Source: Opitutales bacterium (GTDB lineage Bacteria; Verrucomicrobiota; Verrucomicrobiia; Opitutales; UBA2987). From it: DNA of 64,000 bases. The notes beneath the pieces are model-generated. The model saw nothing but the letters and a program-made list of their open reading frames with translations, was not told the DNA's origin and ran no database searches. The stretch is taken from positions 32,001-96,000 of the forward strand of contig CBDDEL010000010.1 of NCBI GenBank assembly GCA_965226885.1, in the 5' to 3' direction. The position numbers and the translations under genes are program-made. Shown piece by piece: positions 40,616 to 52,428 of this stretch (position 1 is the stretch's first letter; every line of letters starts with the position of its first letter).

Positions 40616-42019
40616 TCAGGAGACAACGGAACAGGGTAGCATGGCGGCGTCCCGCATTCCGTGAATAATCTTTTTATTGGAGGGACAAAAGGTGCAGAGG
40701 ATGCCGGATAGCCTAGGCCCATCCTCTTCGACAAAATAATAGGGGCTCAAACGGACCCGGCCTTCCTGTTCAATCAACTCGCCGGAAGAATTGTAAACGG
40801 GGTGGCGCAGCCGCTTAGGTTTGTGGTAATCCTGCAAAACATAAAGGTTTTGTGGACTCGATCGGAGGGCCTCGTCGATGCCCCTCTGCCATTCCTGGCG
40901 GGGAATATCGCTGCCCAGCAGGACACTTCGCGCTCCCCAAGCATCCTCGTGAAAACCGCTTAATTTCAAGATCAGGTTGCGCTCTTTTTGGGAGGCCTGG
41001 CCAAGCTGCTCCCAATTCCAGATGGGCTTTCCCTTGACATTGGGAGCATCCAGCACGGCGCTGGGGGGCAAATCCACGCGATCCATAATCCAGGATCGGG
41101 GGATTACCTTACGCAATAATGTGAATGCTTTTTTAGAGAGATTTTCCCGCCAATAATCTTCAAGCAGGTGGTGATGAAAAAGGGAGAGCCCCATTTTTTC
41201 TTCCTGAAAAGGGCGCATGGGAGGTGTGACCACCAGTTCGGAATCCTCCCAGGCATCAAGGATGTATCCGGCAATGGGAACATTGGACAAGTCGAACAAT
41301 TCCCAAAAACGATAAACAATATCGATTTGCTCAGGATTTCCGTCAATCGAGGCACACAGTGCGGTGCCCAGGGGCATGATTTCGGAAGGGTGAAAACAGT
41401 AAACTCTTTTTCCCATTTGCCGCAATGAGGAGGCCAGCCACTCCATTTCCGGACGATAGGTATGGGCCTCGTCGCTCACCAGAATGGCAATCAGGGGCAG
41501 GGATTTCCCGGGCGTCATGGCTGCCAAGGTCCGGTAGAACGAATGAATCATGAGATCTCCCGCACCTACCAGGTCGGCGCTGTTCTCGCCATAAAGTCGA
41601 TTGATATAAGCGGTCAGCCCGATTCCCCCCGGAACGCTATCGATTTCGGTCATGGCGAAACCATTTTCGGTTATCAACAGGTCGGGGCGGATGATCCTGG
41701 GCGATTCGCCGCGCAGCCTTTTCGATCGCGAATGCTCCACCAGGGCGCGTGGCTTTCCGCGGTCGAGATAGTCTGCCACCCAGGGGGCTTTAAGGGGTTT
41801 GTTGCGTAAAAGATTTTTCCCCTCGGCCGAACGCAGGTAAAGCATTTCCAAAGCGCGGTAAAACTCGTGACAGGCTTGCCCGATAGATTCTATCTCGCGG
41901 ATTTGGTCTGGAGTCAAAGGCCAGGGCTGGGGAGAGATTTGCCAGGTTTTATCCTCAAATAATGGCTGCCGGCGAAAAGCCTCCCGGATGCCCTCAAAAC
42001 TTAGCGATTCAGTTTCCAT
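40616..42019 (-). CDS. Hypothetical protein, possibly an ATP-grasp (glutathionylspermidine synthase-like) ligase
   Basis: RPDL, TEID..PGG, LK.SGF...WGARSV..G and R.SPYYF pattern. Fold assignment is tentative. Confidence 0.55.
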   Translation of the reverse strand: METESLSFEGIREAFRRQPLFEDKTWQISPQPWPLTPDQIREIESIGQACHEFYRALEMLYLRSAEGKNLLRNKPLKAPWVADYLDRGKPRALVEHSRSKRLRGESPRIIRPDLLITENGFAMTEIDSVPGGIGLTAYINRLYGENSADLVGAGDLMIHSFYRTLAAMTPGKSLPLIAILVSDEAHTYRPEMEWLASSLRQMGKRVYCFHPSEIMPLGTALCASIDGNPEQIDIVYRFWELFDLSNVPIAGYILDAWEDSELVVTPPMRPFQEEKMGLSLFHHHLLEDYWRENLSKKAFTLLRKVIPRSWIMDRVDLPPSAVLDAPNVKGKPIWNWEQLGQASQKERNLILKLSGFHEDAWGARSVLLGSDIPRQEWQRGIDEALRSSPQNLYVLQDYHKPKRLRHPVYNSSGELIEQEGRVRLSPYYFVEEDGPRLSGILCTFCPSNKKIIHGMRDAAMLPCSVVS

Positions 42020-42028
42020 GCTAAAAAA

Positions 42029-43172
42029 TCAATCATCAATACGAATGTTTTTGTTCCGGGCCGAGGGACCTCCCGCGCGCAGCCAGGCGTGAATGAAGGG
42101 ATCGATGCCGCCGTCCATGACCTGCTGGATATTGGATGTCTCGGCGCCGGTGCGCAGATCCTTGACCATCTGGTAGGGTTGGAAGACATAGCTGCGGATC
42201 TGGTTGCCCCACCCGATCTGGTTTTTTTCGCCGTAGAATTTTTCCATCTCAGCCCGTTTTTCATCCGTCATTTTTTCATAGATACGGGACTTGAGGACCT
42301 TCATGGCGGTGGCCTTGTTTTTATGCTGGGAGCGTTCGTTTTGGCAGGCCACCACGATTCCGGTGGGTAAATGAGTCAGCCGCACGGCCGAATCGGTTTT
42401 ATTGACATGCTGGCCGCCTTTTCCGCTGGATCGATAGGTGTCCACCCTGATGTCCTCTTCATCCAGATTGATATCGATATCGTCCTTGATTTCGGCGATG
42501 ACGTCGATGGCGGCAAAGGAGGTGTGCCTTTTTTTATTGGAATCGAAGGGGCTGATACGGACCAGCCGGTGCACCCCGCGCTCTGCCTTGGCGTAGCCGT
42601 AGGCGTTGAGGCCGGAGATGAGGAGAGTGGCCCTGCTCACTCCCGCCTCTTCACCCGCCAGGATGTCCTGAACCTCGGCCGTGAAGCCGCGCCGTTCCGC
42701 CCACCGGCCATACATGCGCAGTAGCATGTCGGCCCAGTCACAGGACTCCGTGCCACCGGCCCCGGCGTGGATGCTGAGGATGGCGTTGCAGGAATCGTGG
42801 GGGCCGGACAAAAAGGAATCGACTTCCAGAATGTCGATCTCTTCCCCCATGGCGGCCACGGTCGTGGTGATTTCTGACTCGTAATCAGAGGAGTCTCCGT
42901 TTTGCGATTCCGCCACTAGCTCGCACATCAACTGGAGCTCATCCACTTTTTCGTTGAATGCGGCGATTTTGCCGAGCGAGCTTTTCAGGCGGCTTACGGT
43001 GGTAGCTGTCTTCTGGGCAGCGGCTTGATTGTCCCAAAAACCGGGCTGGCCCATCTGTTCTTCCAGACGGGTTATTTCTTTTTTCTTGTTATCGACGTCA
43101 AAGAAACCTCCACAAATAACCGGCGCGTTTGGTAATATCTTCGACTTTGGCTCGTATATCCGGATCCAGCAT
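42029..43172 (-). CDS. prfB: Peptide chain release factor 2 with programmed +1 frameshift
   Basis: SPF and GGQ motifs. Upstream frame MLDPDIRAK...WRFL ends in GGAGG-TTT-CTT-TGA-C (43097-43111). Confidence 0.96.
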
Positions 43173-43229
43173 GATGCCTATGTAGTGAGAACAATCAGAT
43201 TGTTTGACAAGACTTATGAGAAAATTTTT

Positions 43230-44321
43230 TTAAATGGCGGGTTTGAAATCTTGCAAGTTCCAGGGCGGGGCGCCGCAGTGGGCGGCGATTTCATTGAATT
43301 CCCCGATTTCCGCTTCGGTAAAGAGAAGGGCGTTGTTTTTTTGGCTGCGGGCGGCGCCATTGGCCTCGATTTGGCCGGGTAAAAGGCATTTCTCATTGCC
43401 GGGACCGAGTATATTTTCGATGACGGCTTTTACATTTTCCTTCTGCCCGCGCCCGCCCACAAAAGCGCCCGCACTGAGCGCGTCGGGATGGATTACCTGA
43501 AAAAAGAAACAAGTGGAGTTCTTTTCGCCCTCTTCATGAGGCCGCCCGCGGATGGAGGGAAGGGAGCCCCCGATGAGGGCCGCAACAAGTTCGTTTATCA
43601 ATGACAACCCGTAGCCCTTGTGTCCGCCAAAAGGGAGCAGCGCCGCCGCTTGGGCCGCGTCGGTAGTGGGATGGCCCTGGGCATCGATGGCGGCATTGGG
43701 TGGCAGGGGCTGATTTTCCCGTGCCAGTTGCTGCACTCGCCCCATGGCGATGACCGAGGTTGCCCAATCAATGACAATGGGAAAGCCGACGGCTTCGGTG
43801 GTAGGGAACCCCCAGCTATGGGGATTGGTTCCCAGGGTGGGATTGCGCCCCATGAAGGGGACGACCTCGGCCATGGCGGAAGTGCAATTGGTGTAGGCGA
43901 TATAGCCTTCCCGGGCCGCTTCCATGACGTAGCCTCCGCCCCATAAATAGTGAAAAGCGTTGTCCACGCTGACCATGCCTAGGCCGAACCGGTCGGCCAG
44001 CTTTTTACAGGTATCCATGGCTTCATAAGCTACTGCCTGACCCATTTTCCGATGGGCGTTCCATATCTGGGAAGCCTCGAATCCAGAGGGCACAATTTCG
44101 ATAGTGGCACCCGGTTGGCAGCCTCCCGTCCCGCTGCCCAAAAGTTCATCCAAATGCAAAGCTTTGAGGGCGTTGTGGGTGCGGATCCCGTGCCAGGCAG
44201 CACTCGCAGCCATACGGGCTCCACAGGTGGATTCATCGGGTGTAAATCCGCGCTCAAGATAGGCTTTTTCAACCAGGTTATCGTGAAAATCACGAGGAAC
44301 TACGCAGTATCGATCGGACAT
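43230..44321 (-). CDS. Ldh_2 family oxidoreductase (malate/lactate/ureidoglycolate dehydrogenase-like)
   Basis: HGIRTH, LGTNP, DWATS, LLPFGGHKGYGL. Confidence 0.88.
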   Translation of the reverse strand: MSDRYCVVPRDFHDNLVEKAYLERGFTPDESTCGARMAASAAWHGIRTHNALKALHLDELLGSGTGGCQPGATIEIVPSGFEASQIWNAHRKMGQAVAYEAMDTCKKLADRFGLGMVSVDNAFHYLWGGGYVMEAAREGYIAYTNCTSAMAEVVPFMGRNPTLGTNPHSWGFPTTEAVGFPIVIDWATSVIAMGRVQQLARENQPLPPNAAIDAQGHPTTDAAQAAALLPFGGHKGYGLSLINELVAALIGGSLPSIRGRPHEEGEKNSTCFFFQVIHPDALSAGAFVGGRGQKENVKAVIENILGPGNEKCLLPGQIEANGAARSQKNNALLFTEAEIGEFNEIAAHCGAPPWNLQDFKPAI

Positions 44322-44475
44322 GAGCTTATACTATTATTATAAACAGGAGATTAAATCCACTTGATGGACGAGGTCCTCCATTTTTGCAAATTAGATTAAT
44401 AATAAAAGTTTGAGAACTTTTAGACAAATTACCCGGTCTGTAACGCTTAATGTGACAAAAAATGTCACCAACAGA

Positions 44476-44990
44476 ATGGATTTTGCGGATAACCAATCGA
44501 ATTGGAGAGCCTGGTTTGCACATTATGGGCCAAGACTGCTCCTTTTTGCCCGCCAGCAGACCAAAAACCTTTACGATGCCGAGGATGTCCTCCAGGAAGC
44601 CATGGTACGGTCCTGGCGAAACCGCAATGAGTGCGGAAATCCGGTCATTGCCCGTGTCTATCAAGCGATTCGTTACGCCGCCATGGACCTGGGGAGGAAG
44701 GATAAACGGCGCAAAATCCGGGAGCAGCGGGTCCAGGAACCGGAATGGAATGAATCCAACTGGTTCGTCTGCCCGATGGAGGAAAAGGAGCGAAACAGGA
44801 CGCTGCAGGAAGCCATGAAAAGTTTACTTTACCATTGGAACAAAGGGAAGTTATTGTCCTGAAAATATGGGGAGAAATGACTTTTGAGGAAGTTGGCCGG
44901 ACCTTGAACATTTCTTCCAATACAGCTGCCTCGCGTTACCGCTACGCCCTTGGTACCATGAAGAAAGTTTTAATCCCCGCAATTTTGTGA
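44476..44990 (+). pseudogene. ECF sigma factor frameshifted by a 5-bp duplication
   Basis: Region 2 DAEDVLQE. Removing one TTTAC (44823-44832) restores SLPLEQREVIVLKIWGEMTFEEVG...TAASRYRYA (region 4), with stop at 44990. Confidence 0.88.
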
Positions 44991-44996
44991 TTTGCA

Positions 44997-45512
44997 GTGA
45001 AAGAAATTGAAGACATTGAAAGGGAGTTGAGGCAGCTTCACCCCGTCCCGCCGTCGGAAGGCCTGCAAGCCCGAATGGCAGAAGAGTTGGTTGAAAAAGC
45101 AACTCGCACGGCGGAAAAGCGCGCAGGTAGAATCCTCATCCGGAATTTCAGGTTTCGCTGGGCGGCATCCTTCGCGCTGGCGGCAGCTTTTGCCATTATG
45201 GCCTATTTCGGTATTCCGGAAACCGCGCAGGTAAACGAAACTCCGCCAACTACTATGGATATGGCAGAGGTTGAAATACCCGCCGCCCTGGAACCGACTT
45301 CATCCTCGAAATATATCCCGGTGAAAGCCCGCCATGTCCTTATGAATGCGCGTGAGGAAGGCATATTTTACATCGAAGACGATATTCCGGCCCGGAAAAT
45401 GCGTTACCGCTTCGTCGATTCCTACACCTGGAAAAATCCCGACGACGGCTCCTTTCTGCAAGTGGCCGTGCCGCGTGAGGAGGTCTTATTGATACGCCTG
45501 GATACTTATTAA
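44997..45512 (+). CDS. Putative single-TM anti-sigma factor
   Basis: Directly follows the ECF gene. Short N-terminal domain, one TM, extracytoplasmic tail. Confidence 0.65.
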   Translation: MKEIEDIERELRQLHPVPPSEGLQARMAEELVEKATRTAEKRAGRILIRNFRFRWAASFALAAAFAIMAYFGIPETAQVNETPPTTMDMAEVEIPAALEPTSSSKYIPVKARHVLMNAREEGIFYIEDDIPARKMRYRFVDSYTWKNPDDGSFLQVAVPREEVLLIRLDTY

Positions 45513-45559
45513 GTTCTTTTCAACCACTATAAAAAACTAACTGAAATAGATACTAGATC

Positions 45560-46616
45560 ATGAAAAATCTCAATCGAATCAAAGAAATCTTCCTGGCCCT
45601 GTCCTTGGGGACGGCGTTGACAACTTTAAATGGCCAGGATTTTACGCGAGCCCAGGCGGGACACGGCATTGTGTCCGCTCATAGGATCGGCGGTCCGGAT
45701 CACAATATGATGTTTAACATCCATGAAGAGGATAGCGGGCCGGTGACTTTTCTCGGCGTCCATGCCAACCCGGTCGATCCGACCTTGACCGCCCAACTGG
45801 GTATGGCGGCCCACATGGGTCTGGCCATTCGCTATGTCGTTCCGGACAGCCCGGCCGAAGAGGCTGGTTTCAAATCCCATGACATCCTCAGAAAAATGGA
45901 CGATCAAATATTGATTCACCCTTTTCAATTACAAGTGCTGGTGCGAGCGCGCGCGGAGGGAGAAAAAGTCACTTACACGATATTGCGCGCGGGCGAGGAG
46001 ATACAGATCGAGGTTGAATTGACCAAAAGAGAGCCCGCCAAATATGAAAAATTTAAGAAAATGGGCCAATGGTTGCAAAAGCCGGGCCAGCCGGGAATGC
46101 CATTCGGATTCAATCTGGACGGGAATGCCATTCGGATTCAATCTGGACGGGAATTCGTCTTTCGATCTGAACTTTGATTATTTGGATGAAGACATTGAAA
46201 TTTTGGTGGAGAATGCTGCGCACGTTGGCGCAAATGTTGAGCAGATAATAAGCAAGGTATTCAATCACACCTCGGAGGTGACGGATCAGGTAATCAATTC
46301 ACTGAACGGGCGCAGCACTATTATCAAAATGAGGGAAAAGGAAATTATTCTCCAGGATAAGGATGGAACCCTCAGCTTGACCGTACACAACGGAAGCAAA
46401 CACTTGCAGGTGACCGACAAAGAGGATAACGTCCTATTCGACGGACCCATCAACACGGTGGAAGAACGCAGTGAAATTCCCGAACACATCTTGCCCAAAC
46501 TGCAAAAGCTGGAATCCGAAAACAATTTTGAATTCGATTTCGATGAAGAATTTGAACCGGGGGAAATTGAAATAATTCCCATCAACTCGGGAATGGGTGT
46601 GACGGCTCAAAATTAG
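45560..46616 (+). pseudogene. Secreted PDZ-domain protein frameshifted by a 28-bp duplication
   Basis: FLGV, VVPDSPAEEAG..HDI PDZ pattern. 46093-46120 is repeated at 46121-46148; removing one copy joins ORFs 45560-46177 and 46044-46616. Confidence 0.85.
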
Positions 46617-46694
46617 CCATTCCAGACCTTAATCTGCCAATAGCATATTCATCGCCACACGGCGCACGGACTGTTCATTTGAGGTCTGGTTCGC

Positions 46695-47927
46695 TTATGA
46701 CAGTTGAGTGCTGGCTCCCGGTAATTGTGGCGTTTGGTAACGGCCGGCCTCAACTATTGCCGGTTCTCGAAACCGGTCCCTGAGATGCGGTATATATTCC
46801 AGGAAAACGGGGTCGTGAGCGAGTGCGATATGGTTGAACAAGACCAGGTGTTGATGGATCTGTCCCATGTCCCCAACGTGAGGTACGACTGGCAGCCCGA
46901 GTTTTTTGGCCAGGAGGCTGACCACCAGAAACTCGCTGACGCCGCCCACGCGAGTGCAATCGACCTGGATGAAATGGGCGGCTTGCGCTTGCATGAAGTT
47001 CTTGAACATGACGGCATTGGGTATGTGTTCTCCCGCCGCAATCTTGACTGGGGCCAATTCCTCCGCCAACCGCTTATGGGCCAGAAGATCGTCAGGATGG
47101 GTAGGTTCTTCAATCCAGTAGAGATCGATGTCTTTTAGCTCCCTGCCTATGACCAAAGCCTGGGGATAAGTCCATTGCTGATTGGCATCCAGCATAATGG
47201 TGGCGGCATGACCGGCGGTTTCCCTCACCAGGCAGGCGCGTTCAATATCCCGTCGTGCTTGCCTGGAACCGGCTTTAAGCTTCATCGCGGTAAAACCTTG
47301 GTCCAGAGCTCTTTTCACGTTATCACGAATTTCTTCATTGCTGTAGTTGAACCAACCTACGGAGGTGTCGTAGCCAGGATAGCCTGTGTCTAGTATTCCC
47401 ATGCGTTGTGTGCGCGTGGGGTTGGCTGTTTGGAGGAGACTGAGAGCCTCCCGTGCCGGCAGTATCTCGTCCAGGTAGCTCAGGTCTAATGTTGCGATGA
47501 GAGCTTTGGGAGGGAGATCGAGCAGGAGGCGCCACAATGGCACGCCGCGCGCTTTGGCCCATAGATCGAAGCACGCATTGGTGATGGAGGCCAGCGCTAG
47601 GTGGACGGCGCCTTTGTAGGGTCCCAGCCATCGGTATTGGTGGTGGTTGGCGATTTGGCGGTAAGTCTGCCCGAAGTCAGCCATCAGCTCCTCGATCTCC
47701 CGTCCCACGAGGACGGTTGCGAGTTGGTCGATGAGTGTGCAGACGACATCGTTCCCGTTCCCGAGGGTAAGGGCCAATCCAATGCCCTTGATCCTGCCAC
47801 CAACTTTCAGAATAGTGGTAGCGTAGGAATACTCCGGTGCGCTATGGACGGCATCGGAACCCGCGCCGCCGGAAAGTTTAAAACGATGGTCAACGCTTTG
47901 GATGGCTCGAATTACACAGGCTGGCAT
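46695..47927 (-). CDS. L-fuconate dehydratase-like enolase superfamily enzyme
   Basis: GSDAVH..PEYS, WLGPYKG, TSVGW, KLK, DANQ, WIEEPT, GEH, LEYIPHL. Confidence 0.88.
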   Translation of the reverse strand: MPACVIRAIQSVDHRFKLSGGAGSDAVHSAPEYSYATTILKVGGRIKGIGLALTLGNGNDVVCTLIDQLATVLVGREIEELMADFGQTYRQIANHHQYRWLGPYKGAVHLALASITNACFDLWAKARGVPLWRLLLDLPPKALIATLDLSYLDEILPAREALSLLQTANPTRTQRMGILDTGYPGYDTSVGWFNYSNEEIRDNVKRALDQGFTAMKLKAGSRQARRDIERACLVRETAGHAATIMLDANQQWTYPQALVIGRELKDIDLYWIEEPTHPDDLLAHKRLAEELAPVKIAAGEHIPNAVMFKNFMQAQAAHFIQVDCTRVGGVSEFLVVSLLAKKLGLPVVPHVGDMGQIHQHLVLFNHIALAHDPVFLEYIPHLRDRFREPAIVEAGRYQTPQLPGASTQLS

Positions 47928-48206
47928 TTTGGTCAGGCTTTAGGCATTTTAATGATGGTGTTCGTCATGGTTTCGAGCGCTTCGTCGATCAACAGATGGC
48001 TCAATTCCCAGAATACCTTATCAATCGGTTTCATGTTCCAATATGGAAAAAATGGTAGATGACGCAGATAAAATCAGATAAAGAATTGGAATTAAATAAG
48101 AGCCTTGTCTTTATATAAGTGATATTTGTGCCTACCGCACCTGCTTGATCTGTGGTTAGAAAAAGGATTGTTTAGTGCGAATGGGGTGGCACGCGGCGCA
48201 ACCCGA

Positions 48207-49124
48207 TTACCCCAAACTGACTTCAACCGAGAAGACGCCGGTTTTTTTTGGAGGAACGAAATGGAGCCCTTTTTTGTGTTCGGGGCTGTTGGGCGGCCCC
48301 ATCCAGGGTTCCACGCAGTAAAAGGGGGATTCTTCGGAGCGGGTCCAGGTGGTGACGGTTTGATGGGCTGTTTCGCCCGTGCCCCCGTAGAGGCTCAGGA
48401 TGATGTCTTCTTCACCATTTTTGGGGCCAAAACGTACGACATTTTCTTTCAGTCGCGTGTGGATACGGTCGCTCAGGGCGGGATCGTCAAAAGAGGTCGT
48501 GGTTTCGAATGGAGGGGCCGGTTGCAGACTTCCGTCCGGTATATGGCGGTAAGCTTTGCGGGCCGGAAGCTCAATGCGGTAATCGGACCTGTGGGCGCCA
48601 TCATGCCAGGGGAGTTGAAAATAAAAATGGTGCCCGGCGGACCAGGGAAGCGCTACTTCGCCCCGGTTGAAAAGCCGAAATTCGACGTTGAATGATAATT
48701 CCAAGAAGCGATAAACGACCGTGAATTCATAATCAAAAGGGTAGGCTTTTTCAGCCTCTTCATCCGGCTGCAGGACAGCGGTGAATCCGTTTTGATCGAT
48801 ATCCGAGAGTTTGAAGAGGCCGTTATGGGCAAAACCATGCATGGGCATGGGCCGGCGAACCTTTTCATGCCGCCAGAAATGGATATCGCCCTGGTCGAAG
48901 GTGCGGGCGGAAAATGGAAAAAGAATCGGGTTGCCGCCGTCAAAGGGCAAAGGCACGTCCAGATTTTCGATTTCCGGCCAGTAGATGACGTCTCGCACGG
49001 CTCCGTCGGCCATTTGCAAATGCCAGTTCATGAGTCGGGCGCCTTTCTCTGGAATGGCCAGGAATGTAGAGGCCCCGCGGGTCCATTTGCAAATCTTCAG
49101 CCCAAAATAATCCAATAATTCCAT
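48207..49124 (-). CDS. Aldose 1-epimerase family protein
   Basis: GGNPILFPF, MPMHGFA, GHHFYF, FYCVEPW. Confidence 0.88.
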   Translation of the reverse strand: MELLDYFGLKICKWTRGASTFLAIPEKGARLMNWHLQMADGAVRDVIYWPEIENLDVPLPFDGGNPILFPFSARTFDQGDIHFWRHEKVRRPMPMHGFAHNGLFKLSDIDQNGFTAVLQPDEEAEKAYPFDYEFTVVYRFLELSFNVEFRLFNRGEVALPWSAGHHFYFQLPWHDGAHRSDYRIELPARKAYRHIPDGSLQPAPPFETTTSFDDPALSDRIHTRLKENVVRFGPKNGEEDIILSLYGGTGETAHQTVTTWTRSEESPFYCVEPWMGPPNSPEHKKGLHFVPPKKTGVFSVEVSLG

Positions 49125-49273
49125 TCCGGCAGAAGATTAAATACCCACCGGGCCGAGGGGAAGCAAATTTACCTAAAAAATTTTCGGCGAATTTATGCTG
49201 CGAAACTCTATTGGGAAGCTGGAGACAAACCGATTTGCAAGACTCGTACAAAATGCGGGCAGCCTACCCCTAA

Positions 49274-52200
49274 CCCGGATATTTCGTAAAAAAAGTATCG
49301 TTGATATGCTTAACTGCTGATATACAGCAGGATAGATCAATAATTAAAGCAATATCAGCGATGACAAAAGGTAAACAATTAAAGCTACAGTTGACAAGGG
49401 TAAAAGGCCGCCGTGTGCGGGTTGATTTCAAGGGCGGAGAGGTTACTTCGGATGCCGGACTGCTTTTGATCCGGGAAGTGGATCGGCAGTTGGGCTTGAC
49501 CGAACGAGCGGCCCGACAGTTAGTGGACAAACGGCAGAAGGGCAAAGTACGCCATGAGGTATTGGGGATGCTGCGGCAGCGCGTTTACGGGCTGGTGGCG
49601 GGCTATGAGGATTTGAACGACTTTGATACCCTGCGCCACGATCCATTGTTGCAAACGGTAACGGGGCGCATTGAAACGTTGGCCAGCGCGCCGACTTTGT
49701 GTCGTTTTGAAAACGGGCAGGATCGGCGGGCGGCCTTTGCGGTAAACGAGCTGTTGGTCGAACAGTTCATGGGCTCCTTTGCCGAGGAACCCGAAGAGAT
49801 CATCCTGGACTTTGACGCCACCGACAATCCGGTGCACGGGCTCCAGGAGGGACGTTTTTTCCACGGTTATTATGATCATTACTGTTTTCTGCCGCTATAT
49901 GTTTTTTGCGGTGATCAGCTGCTGGTGGCCTACCTGCGGCCGAGCAAGATCGATGCCAGCAAGCATGCCGGGGCCATCCTCAAATTGCTGGTTAAACGGA
50001 TTCGCCAAAGCTGGCCCCGTACGCGGATTATTTGGCGCGCCGACAGTGGATTTTGTCGAGACCGGATACTCTCTTGGTGCGACCGCAACGAAGTTAGTTA
50101 CATCGTGGGGATGGCTCGCAATGCACGCTTGCAGCAAGACGCCCAGCAGTTGCAAAAGCAGGCCAAAGAATGGTTCGAACTAACCCGGATATTTCGTAAA
50201 AAAAGTATCGTTGATATGCTTAACTGCTGATATACAGCAGGATAGATCAATAATTAAAGCAATATCAGCGATGACAAAAGGTAAACAATTAAAGCTACAG
50301 TTGACAAGGGTAAAAGGCCGCCGTGTGCGGGTTGATTTCAAGGGCGGAGAGGTTACTTCGGATGCCGGACTGCTTTTGATCCGGGAAGTGGATCGGCAGT
50401 TGGGCTTGACCGAACGAGCGGCCCGACAGTTAGTGGACAAACGGCAGAAGGGCAAAGTACGCCATGAGGTATTGGGGATGCTGCGGCAGCGCGTTTACGG
50501 GCTGGTGGCGGGCTATGAGGATTTGAACGACTTTGATACCCTGCGCCACGATCCATTGTTGCAAACGGTAACGGGGCGCATTGAAACGTTGGCCAGCGCG
50601 CCGACTTTGTGTCGTTTTGAAAACGGGCAGGATCGGCGGGCGGCCTTTGCGGTAAACGAGCTGTTGGTCGAACAGTTCATGGGCTCTTTTGCCGAGGAAC
50701 CCGAAGAGATCATCCTGGACTTTGACGCCACCGACAATCCGGTGCACGGGCTCCAGGAGGGACGTTTTTTCCACGGTTATTATGATCATTACTGTTTTCT
50801 GCCGCTATATGTTTTTTGCGGTGATCAGCTGCTGGTGGCCTACCTGCGGCCGAGCAAGATCGATGCCAGCAAGCATGCCGGGGCCATCCTCAAATTGCTG
50901 GTTAAACGGATTCGCCAAAGCTGGCCCCGTACGCGGATTATTTGGCGCGCCGACAGTGGATTTTGTCGAGACCGGATACTCTCTTGGTGCGACCGCAACG
51001 AAGTTAGTTACATCGTGGGGATGGCTCGCAATGCACGCTTGCAGCAAGACGCCCAGCAGTTGCAAAAGCAGGCCAAAGAATGGTTCGAACTAAGGGGTAA
51101 AAAACAACGGTTATTCCAGGACTTCGTCTATGCTGCCGATTCGTGGCGATGGCTGCGGTTGGTCATCCATAAAGCCGAACACACCGCACAGGGGTCCAAC
51201 CCGCGCTTCGTGGTGACGAACCTGCCGGGCGATCCCCAGGAGCTTTACGACAAGGTATACTGTGGCCGCGGTGAAATGGAGAACCGAATCAAGGAACAGA
51301 TGCAATTGTTCAGCGAGCGCACCAGCGCCCATCAATGGTGGGCCAATCAGTGGCGATTGCTCTTGTCGGCGCTGGCCTACACCTTGATGGAAGCCATGCG
51401 CCGGTTAGCCTTAAAAGGGACGAAGTGGGCGCGGGCCCAATGCCACACCCTGCGGCTCAAATTAATCAAGATCGGAGCGGTCATCGTGCGCAACACCCGA
51501 ACGATTCACTTTCACCTAAGTGAGAGTTATCCTTGGGCCAGTCTTTTCAACCATGCGGCCCGCCGATTGGTGCCAACCTAAAGGGTGCATTGGTGCTGCC
51601 CCCGGCACTACCGAACCAATGGGGGAAAGGGCAATGGGGGAAAGGGGGCAGTGTCTCTACACCCTGAAAAACACCTAAAAATCAAGACGATCTGCTCAAA
51701 ATACAAAGAAATCCATCTCCAATAGCAATAACGAGCCAAACTTTACCCTTCATGAAATATCCGGGCTAAGGGGTAAAAAACAACGGTTATTCCAGGACTT
51801 CGTCTATGCTGCCGATTCGTGGCGATGGCTGCGGTTGGTCATCCATAAAGCCGAACACACCGCACAGGGGTCCAACCCGCGCTTCGTGGTGACGAACCTG
51901 CCGGGCGATCCCCAGGAGCTTTACGACAAGGTATACTGTGGCCGCGGTGAAATGGAGAACCGAATCAAGGAACAGATGCAATTGTTCAGCGAGCGCACCA
52001 GCGCCCATCAATGGTGGGCCAATCAGTGGCGATTGCTCTTGTCGGCGCTGGCCTACACCTTGATGGAAGCCATGCGCCGGTTAGCCTTAAAAGGGACGAA
52101 GTGGGCGCGGGCCCAATGCCACACCCTGCGGCTCAAATTAATCAAGATCGGAGCGGTCATCGTGCGCAACACCCGAACGATTCACTTTCACCTAAGTGAG

Positions 52201-52428
52201 AGTTATCCTTGGGCCAGTCTTTTCAACCATGCGCCCCGCCGATTGGTGCCAACCTAAAGGGTGCATTGGTGCTGCCCCCGGCACTACCGAACCAATGGGG
52301 GAAAGGGGGCAGTGTCTCTACACCCTGAAAAACACCTAAAAATCAAGACGATCTGCTCAAAATACAAAGAAATCCATCTCCAATAGCAATAACACGAGCC
52401 AAACTTTACCCTTCATGAAATATCCGGG
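49274..52428 (+). mobile_element. IS1380-family element (outer copy: 49274-50183 and 51770-52428), interrupted by a copy of itself
   Basis: TIRs CCCGGATATTTC/GAAATATCCGGG. CTAA TSD at 49270-49273 and 52429-52432. Transposase is split. Confidence 0.95.
50184..51765 (+). mobile_element. IS1380-family element (inner, intact copy; transposase 50211-51581)
   Basis: Same TIRs. CTAA TSD at 50180-50183 and 51766-51769. Motifs TSDAG, LDFDAT, RADSGF, ENRIKE. Confidence 0.95.
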
